Shown: positions 59,079-64,000 of the stretch, piece after piece | Numbering within the stretch: position 1 is the stretch's first letter | Layout of the letters: every line of letters starts with the position of its first letter | The notes under the pieces: generated by a model | What the model was told of the DNA's origin: nothing | Seen by the model: only the letters and a program-made list of their open reading frames with translations | Database searches by the model: none | Source: a virus | Taxonomy: Duplodnaviria > Caudoviricetes | Strand: one strand, 5' to 3' | Length of the DNA: 64,000 nucleotides | Virus record (IMG/VR): IMGVR_UViG_3300020388_000009 | Translations under genes and position numbers: made by a program

Positions 59079-59483
59079 TTAAAATGATCTAGGTCCTTGA
59101 GTTGGAAATATTAAATCGTTATGTCTTTCAAAATGCTGGACACATCCAGAACCTTCACCATCTAAAACTAAAGTCATATCTTTTGAAAAGTTCTGACGAG
59201 TATGTCCTACATTTTCTTTTGCAAATAAATTTGTTTCGGAATCACTACCAATCCAAGCCGCGGTTAACTTGGAATCAATTAGCGGATACTCGACACGTTT
59301 ATTACGTTGTCTGGTAGTTAAATTAGCATCCACTTGTACAATAACGTAACCAGAACCTTTTTCAGATCTGATATCATAACCTGTTATTGTTTTTTTATGC
59401 CGTCGCACATTTGTTATAACGGCTACTTCATTTACGTTGTTGAATCGAAATACAACTTTGTCATTAACTTCATATTCTACCAT
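59079..59483 (-). CDS. Hypothetical protein (SH3/KOW-like N-terminus)
   Basis: Likely start MVEYEVNDKVVF. Confidence 0.55.
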   Translation of the reverse strand: MVEYEVNDKVVFRFNNVNEVAVITNVRRHKKTITGYDIRSEKGSGYVIVQVDANLTTRQRNKRVEYPLIDSKLTAAWIGSDSETNLFAKENVGHTRQNFSKDMTLVLDGEGSGCVQHFERHNDLIFPTQGPRSF

Positions 59484-59487
59484 CTCC

Positions 59488-59700
59488 TTATAATTTTTTA
59501 GTTGTACCAATTACTTTATTGATCGGAGAGGCCGATACTGACTTAACTTCAAAATCAGATCCGCTATCTTTAAAATCTTCATGAACTAATTGTTCTGCAT
59601 GACCAACTGATACCGCATTGACTAAATAACTTTCATTCAACCATTTAACACCTTTTGGTGTATCGGTTGCAATTTTTACTCGAGATACATAATATGCCAT
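59488..59700 (-). CDS. DUF4494-like protein
   Basis: VK.....K...E.YLV.A.S...AE.......F.V..V pattern recalled from Bacteroidota DUF4494 proteins. Confidence 0.6.
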   Translation of the reverse strand: MAYYVSRVKIATDTPKGVKWLNESYLVNAVSVGHAEQLVHEDFKDSGSDFEVKSVSASPINKVIGTTKKL

Positions 59701-59728
59701 CTTCTCTTTCTTTTAAATTAATAATACT

Positions 59729-59767
59729 TAAATATAACAATTCTTTTTCATTCTACCAAATCTTTTT
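59729..59767 (-). promoter_or_regulatory. Bacteroidota-type early promoter TTTG-N20-TATATTTA
   Basis: AAAAAGATTTGGTAG block. Confidence 0.75.
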
Positions 59768-59782
59768 CAAGAAATGTTTAAG

Positions 59783-59811
59783 AAAAAGTAAGACCCCGGA
59801 GGGCCTTACTT
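59783..59811 (-). terminator. Intrinsic terminator after the OMP operon
   Basis: AGTAAGGCCC-TCCG-GGGTCTTACT-TTTT. Confidence 0.8.
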
Positions 59812-59831
59812 AAACTTATTAAAATAAAAAA

Positions 59832-60056
59832 CTATTTCTTCGTAAAGAATGATACTACCAGTACCAATACTACTATTCCAACAAATCCACCTTCGCCTAA
59901 ACGATTAATAAGATTTGAAAGATTAGCTACGACATCGATACCAAATACGGCACCACCAGTTAATACATACCAAACAATCGATACAGGAATAACTGCCATA
60001 AAAATAGCTAATAATCCTGAAAAGAAGTTAGTAACGTACTTAATTACTGAATCCAT
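59832..60056 (-). CDS. Small 2-TM membrane protein
   Basis: Start MDSVIK with AAGGA upstream; two hydrophobic helices. Confidence 0.65.
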   Translation of the reverse strand: MDSVIKYVTNFFSGLLAIFMAVIPVSIVWYVLTGGAVFGIDVVANLSNLINRLGEGGFVGIVVLVLVVSFFTKK

Positions 60057-60122
60057 AATCTTGTCCTTTTCTTTTTTGTTTTGTGGCAATATCGCCAATA
60101 TTAGGAAGCTCGCTTAAAAACT

Positions 60123-60533
60123 TTAGAACCTGAATCCGAACCCTAATCCTAGGTTCGTAGTCTGTTCCTCTGTGTTATAAACGATTTTTGGATCAACATA
60201 TACATTCTCACATAATGTAAACATTTTTCCAATTCCAAGATGCATATCTTGGGTGTCCAAATTTAAGTTAGATTCTAGGCTTGCAAAATATCCGTTAAAG
60301 AAATATCTTACATTTACATCCACATTCATTGTTTCGTCAGTTACTTGCGTAACAGATGCTCCTAATACTAATGCGTCTGTCACTGCATATCCAACTGTTG
60401 GTGACACAGCCCATTCTGTCCAAGCGACATTTGATACGTCGCCGGTTCCAATGTACCAGTCACCTTTTGTTTGCGCGTCAGCTGTCACTAATGACGCACA
60501 CGCTAATGTAATTGTTAAAATTAACTTTCTCAT
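60123..60533 (-). CDS. Outer-membrane beta-barrel protein
   Basis: Signal peptide MRKLILTITLACASLVTADA|Q, alternating beta strands, C-terminal GFGFRF BAM-type signal. Confidence 0.75.
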   Translation of the reverse strand: MRKLILTITLACASLVTADAQTKGDWYIGTGDVSNVAWTEWAVSPTVGYAVTDALVLGASVTQVTDETMNVDVNVRYFFNGYFASLESNLNLDTQDMHLGIGKMFTLCENVYVDPKIVYNTEEQTTNLGLGFGFRF

Positions 60534-60669
60534 AAAATTTCTCCTATAGTTTAATTATGCCAATATTGGCTTAAATTAAGGAGCCTCCTAATAAATGTGC
60601 ACGTAGGTACACATATTTTTTCAATGTTTATTAATATAAAAAAACTTTTTCAAATAACCTAATAAAACT

Positions 60670-61068
60670 TTATTTTTGTTTAGGGATTGGAATGGCGCGC
60701 CGGCCTCCCTGACTACGTAACTCTTCCATTTGTTGTGATATTTCTCTTTCAGCTTTTAATTGTTGCTGAAGTACTCCATTTGGTTCTAAAACTCCTTCAA
60801 GTGATTTAAATTTATCATATGAATTACTACCTCCTGTAGCCGCATCCTTTGCAGTCTTTAATGCACCTTGTAAACGTCTTACAATTTCTTGACGTAAAGC
60901 AGATCTGGTCATTGAACCAAATCCTATTATATGTACTTCTGGATCTACTGGATCAAAATCTGTTGGATCTAATAAACCGCCGTATTTATAATCTCGTTCG
61001 GCTAGTAAAGAAGATACTTCTTCTTTAACTAACGATTTTAATTTATTTTTTAAGTCTGATTTTTTCAT
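60670..61068 (-). CDS. Hypothetical (probable internal head) protein
   Basis: LKSLVKEEVSSLLAE leader. Confidence 0.55.
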   Translation of the reverse strand: MKKSDLKNKLKSLVKEEVSSLLAERDYKYGGLLDPTDFDPVDPEVHIIGFGSMTRSALRQEIVRRLQGALKTAKDAATGGSNSYDKFKSLEGVLEPNGVLQQQLKAEREISQQMEELRSQGGRRAIPIPKQK

Positions 61069-61323
61069 TTAGTTCCAAAATATTAATTTAGCTAGGACGC
61101 CAACCATGGTTACCCAAACGGACCATAGCGCGCCACCAGCTATCTTTCTAAACTCGGTATTACGATTAACTCTTGCAATTGCACCTTTATCCGGATCTAA
61201 TAATGTACGCTTAATCATTGAAATGTCATTTGCCATTTTCAATTGAGCGCCTTTCATATGATCGATATCTTGCTTTAATAACTGGATATCTTTGTGCAAA
61301 TCTGCATTAGTTAGTCTAGCCAT
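61069..61323 (-). CDS. Coiled-coil protein with C-terminal TM
   Basis: 84 aa. Confidence 0.6.
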   Translation of the reverse strand: MARLTNADLHKDIQLLKQDIDHMKGAQLKMANDISMIKRTLLDPDKGAIARVNRNTEFRKIAGGALWSVWVTMVGVLAKLIFWN

Positions 61324-61326
61324 TGT

Positions 61327-61512
61327 TTAAGATCTTTTTGATTCTGCAACAGATGCCTTTCGATATTCTGTTACTAATTTTTTTAATTCACCAACTGCCT
61401 TTCTTGCACGAGTCGCAGCTGCTTTATTTCCTTTTTCTGTAAACTTGGAATGATTGTCTTGGAACTCTGTCCATAAACCTTCCATCTTTGCGAATAATTC
61501 ATTCGATGCCAT
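61327..61512 (-). CDS. Histone H1-like (Hc1-family) small DNA-binding protein
   Basis: EKGNKAAATRARKA..EL.K...EYRK.S. Confidence 0.8.
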   Translation of the reverse strand: MASNELFAKMEGLWTEFQDNHSKFTEKGNKAAATRARKAVGELKKLVTEYRKASVAESKRS

Positions 61513-61541
61513 AACATTAATCCTTTTTAATAAATATACAA

Positions 61542-61763
61542 TTAATGACCAAAGTTAGAAAATATATCTTCTTCCTCTTCGACCATTTTAAATTCTAACT
61601 TTAAAGCATGTTCTAATTGGTCATCATCAAGGACATCTAAAGATTGAAATATTAAATCTCCATCTAAAAATACTTCTCCGATAAGAGTATCATCATCGAC
61701 AAAGAACTCTAATTCATCGCCGGCAAATACCTCTCCTGTTGATATGTTTTCTAACGTAATCAT
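61542..61763 (-). CDS. Highly acidic small protein
   Basis: 22 D/E vs 2 K and 0 R in 73 aa. Confidence 0.6.
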   Translation of the reverse strand: MITLENISTGEVFAGDELEFFVDDDTLIGEVFLDGDLIFQSLDVLDDDQLEHALKLEFKMVEEEEDIFSNFGH

Positions 61764-61776
61764 TTAATATAAATAT

Positions 61777-61950
61777 CTAATCTCTAAGTTTTTCCCTTAA
61801 ATGCTTGATATGTTTACAATCAGTATATGGCCGGAAAGTCCAGGCTGGGCATGAACAACTATAAGATCCATTTTGTCGTTCAATATCATAATAATTTAAC
61901 TTACCAGTCTTCTTATTACGAGATCCCATTTCTCTATACTTGGCTACCAT
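61777..61950 (-). CDS. SWIM zinc-finger protein
   Basis: CSCP.W....CKH; likely start MVAKYRE. Confidence 0.7.
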   Translation of the reverse strand: MVAKYREMGSRNKKTGKLNYYDIERQNGSYSCSCPAWTFRPYTDCKHIKHLREKLRD

Positions 61951-62045
61951 AAGTCTGAAATAAAAGTATAAAATGCAAATAATATAAATGATATCCATAC
62001 TACGCCTAAGGTACATGCTAACCATGCTGCAATTGTTTTTTTCAT
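61944..62045 (-). CDS. 33-aa membrane peptide
   Basis: Hand-translated MKKTIAAWLACTLGVVWISFILFAFYTFISDLW. Confidence 0.45.
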   Translation of the reverse strand: MKKTIAAWLACTLGVVWISFILFAFYTFISDLW

Positions 62046-62046
62046 A

Positions 62047-62358
62047 TTATAAGTTTATATTTGAACCTTTCACATTTCTTTCATTACCAAGCATCCACTT
62101 CAGAGTAGCAGACGGAATACCTATATTAAGATGTGGTTCTAATTTAGCTAATGCTTGAGTAACATCAAATGCTATGATAGGTATATTTTTTTCAATACCA
62201 TTATCTAAAAATCGCACTTCATAAATATAATGATCTGCTATTTTACTAACGCCTTGAAGTTTGATTGAAAGAATAGCTGTTAGTTTGCCTTTACTAACTA
62301 CATCTTGAATTAGATCTGGTTTTTCTTGTTGATATTTTCTTCGTAACATATTATACAT
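62047..62358 (-). CDS. Hypothetical protein
   Basis: 103 aa. Confidence 0.55.
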   Translation of the reverse strand: MYNMLRRKYQQEKPDLIQDVVSKGKLTAILSIKLQGVSKIADHYIYEVRFLDNGIEKNIPIIAFDVTQALAKLEPHLNIGIPSATLKWMLGNERNVKGSNINL

Positions 62359-62485
62359 TTTTACTTTTAAATTCTCGTATACGATATGCCAGGTAACCTA
62401 TAGCAGGTGCACCTAACAATACAGTTATTAGGTTAGGATGTGACTCACCACATAAGCCTAACGCATGTTTAAGGAACTCTAACAT
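62351..62485 (-). CDS. 44-aa membrane peptide with H..G.CGE.HP motif
   Basis: Hand-translated MLEFLKHALGLCGESHPNLITVLLGAPAIGYLAYRIREFKSKNV. Confidence 0.5.
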   Translation of the reverse strand: MLEFLKHALGLCGESHPNLITVLLGAPAIGYLAYRIREFKSKNV

Positions 62486-62607
62486 TGACCGGTAATCATT
62501 GCAAAGGTCCATAATGAAGCAGTAAATAATGCTATTGTACCTATCAGGAATGTAATCCCTGCTAACGCTTCTTTATCCGTTGGATGCATGTTTTTCAAAA
62601 TTTTCAT
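62479..62607 (-). CDS. 42-aa membrane peptide
   Basis: Hand-translated; first ORF after an early promoter. Confidence 0.5.
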   Translation of the reverse strand: MKILKNMHPTDKEALAGITFLIGTIALFTASLWTFAMITGQC

Positions 62608-62641
62608 AACTCTTTGTTTTTCTTAATAATTATCTACTATA

Positions 62642-62680
62642 TAAAAATAAGAAATCTTTTTCACTCTACCAAATCTTTTT
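62642..62680 (-). promoter_or_regulatory. Bacteroidota-type early promoter TTTG-N20-TATTTTTA
   Basis: AAAAAGATTTGGTAGAGTGA block. Confidence 0.75.
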
Positions 62681-62873
62681 ACAGCTTTTTTTCAGATTTG
62701 TTTGGATTCCAGCCTTGAATTCTTCTTAACGCATAATCCCACCTTTCATTGGCAGTTTTATGATCATGCTTAGATTGCATGCGCATCTTTTCAAGTTGAT
62801 TATCAAATTCTTTTTGAAGTCCTTTATCACGAACTTCATTAAACATATCCATCATACTGTCTTCTAAACTCAT
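62679..62873 (-). CDS. Hypothetical protein
   Basis: 64 aa. Confidence 0.55.
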   Translation of the reverse strand: MSLEDSMMDMFNEVRDKGLQKEFDNQLEKMRMQSKHDHKTANERWDYALRRIQGWNPNKSEKKL

Positions 62874-62884
62874 GGCATATCCTT

Positions 62885-63127
62885 TTATTTACGCACACGA
62901 TATAAACTTGAGCCAAATCCGGTGCGGCCTTTGGAATCATATCGTCGCATTTCTTTTATTGCATCTGTATCTTTTATTACTTCAACTTCCGAGTAAGTTG
63001 TTTTACCTGTTATAACTGGCCTTGCGTACCATTGGCTGGTACTTGAACAGTTAACACATGTTTTTGTATTTGGTAATATTTGTATTCTACCTTCTGGTAT
63101 CCGAGAATTGCATTTTATACAGTCCAT
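62885..63127 (-). CDS. DksA/TraR C4-type zinc-finger protein
   Basis: CIKC...IPEGR....P....CVNC. Confidence 0.75.
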   Translation of the reverse strand: MDCIKCNSRIPEGRIQILPNTKTCVNCSSTSQWYARPVITGKTTYSEVEVIKDTDAIKEMRRYDSKGRTGFGSSLYRVRK

Positions 63128-63130
63128 AAC

Positions 63131-63451
63131 TTATTTTTTTATGTTACCTTTTATGAAATCTTTTTGTTTTTTAATAGCTTGATCAAGCTCTGATTTTTTT
63201 GTAGTCTGTTTTCTGGTATCTATGCTCCTTGTTGACTTTGCGCCAGGAGTATCTGAAATAAAAGCTTCTATAAACCATACCGATTTTTTATCTTTATGAG
63301 CCTTCCATCGCAGATTAGGAATGATGACTCCAGTTTTTATATTACGTGCTTTGTATGTTGTCTTATCAACCACTTCAATAATCTCGCAAACGTAGTTCGA
63401 GCCAATAAAATTGACCCGAACAATATTTCCTAATTTTAATTTCTTACGCAT
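63131..63451 (-). CDS. Hypothetical protein (SH3/Tudor-like)
   Basis: LKLGNIVRV N-terminus. Confidence 0.55.
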   Translation of the reverse strand: MRKKLKLGNIVRVNFIGSNYVCEIIEVVDKTTYKARNIKTGVIIPNLRWKAHKDKKSVWFIEAFISDTPGAKSTRSIDTRKQTTKKSELDQAIKKQKDFIKGNIKK

Positions 63452-63611
63452 TCTTTAACACATATGATTCAACTTTGTTACAAATTGCTTCAAATTCGCG
63501 AATCGCATTATTAGGCGAAACGGTTTGAGCTTTTACTAATGATCCATTACTTGAAATGGAAACTAAACTACCTGATAACTCTACCTGCATTGTACCGAAT
63601 GACTTTTTCAT
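63444..63611 (-). CDS. Small hypothetical protein (55 aa)
   Basis: Hand-translated MKKSFGTMQVELSGSLVSI...; first ORF after an early promoter. Confidence 0.5.
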   Translation of the reverse strand: MKKSFGTMQVELSGSLVSISSNGSLVKAQTVSPNNAIREFEAICNKVESYVLKNA

Positions 63612-63640
63612 ATCTCTATCTTTTAATTTATTAATATAAT

Positions 63641-63679
63641 TAAAGATAAGAAAAATATTTCACTCTACCAAATCTTTTT
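63641..63679 (-). promoter_or_regulatory. Bacteroidota-type early promoter TTTG-N20-TATCTTTA
   Basis: AAAAAGATTTGGTAGAGTGA block. Confidence 0.75.
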
Positions 63680-64000
63680 ATAGCTTTTTTTCTGCCAATC
63701 CAAATTTACTATATTGGTTAAGCGCATCTTCATCCGTAATTGGATGTACATCACCAGATGATGTTATTCCAAATAACCTAGCGGTAAATGGTCCTGGCAT
63801 GCCATCTGAACGTTTACCTGTTTTAATTTGTTTTAATGCTGCTTTAGCTCTACCTCTGTTTATCATGGATAGATCTTTTGCGTCGGGTACTTGTCCTTTC
63901 TTTCTATCTAAACCTACGCCTGCAAAGCCATGAGTTGCTTCTGCAAATTCAATATCTTTAATATCAATATAATCTTCAGACCCATCTTTATCCATTACTG
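63678..64000 (-). CDS. Hypothetical protein, probably 5'-truncated by the window edge
   Basis: ORF reaches the right edge. Confidence 0.5.
   Translation of the reverse strand, partial: VMDKDGSEDYIDIKDIEFAEATHGFAGVGLDRKKGQVPDAKDLSMINRGRAKAALKQIKTGKRSDGMPGPFTARLFGITSSGDVHPITDEDALNQYSKFGLAEKKL

Noticed and set aside
234-60549. Plus-strand ORFs of 60-130 aa in the ORF track
   Set aside because: All lie antisense to long minus-strand genes and lack recognisable motifs; treated as shadow ORFs.
7321-61776. T4 late promoter TATAAATA on the plus strand
   Set aside because: Orientation points away from the adjacent genes; better explained as ATATTTAT on the coding strand.
61950-62025. Longer N-termini given by the ORF track (also 12866-12956, 50867-50906, 59483-59510, 60056-60098)
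   Set aside because: They overlap upstream genes or lack initiation signals; downstream ATGs fit better.
1-64000. Stop-codon reassignment (TAG/TGA) as in some large phages
   Set aside because: Standard code gives full-length, densely packed genes; TAG ends the major capsid gene just before a terminator.
1-64000. tRNA or other known RNA genes
   Set aside because: Intergenic gaps are short and no cloverleaf or T-loop pattern was recognised by eye; tRNAscan/Rfam would be needed to exclude them.

Overview
A 64 kb AT-rich segment of a large lytic T4-like (myovirus-type) dsDNA phage, with essentially all genes on the minus strand. It carries the head module (terminase, portal, prohead protease, scaffold, major capsid, plus ribosomal protein bS21), baseplate and tail-fibre genes, a gp55-like late sigma factor, replication/repair genes (primase, fused SbcD-SbcC, T7-endoI-like resolvase, DNA ligase, UvsE), PhoH, ClpP, an HD hydrolase and a right-hand region of small accessory genes. 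Several signs point to a Bacteroidota (probably flavobacterial) host: TTTG-N19/20-TAnnTTTA promoters, Hc1-like and DUF4494-like genes, a Q-rule beta-barrel, and a Bacteroidota-type bS21 C-terminus. Two patterns stand out. (1) Genes behind host-type early promoters have Shine-Dalgarno-free A-rich leaders, whereas genes behind a conserved ATATTTAT putative late promoter carry AGG/AAGGA SD cores, in a phage encoding its own bS21. This suggests a temporal translation switch. (2) Surface virion proteins are heavily enriched in [S/T]-[G/A/S]-S tripeptides that are nearly absent from enzymes and internal proteins, a candidate virion glycosylation sequon. All family assignments are from motif recognition by eye; no database searches were run.
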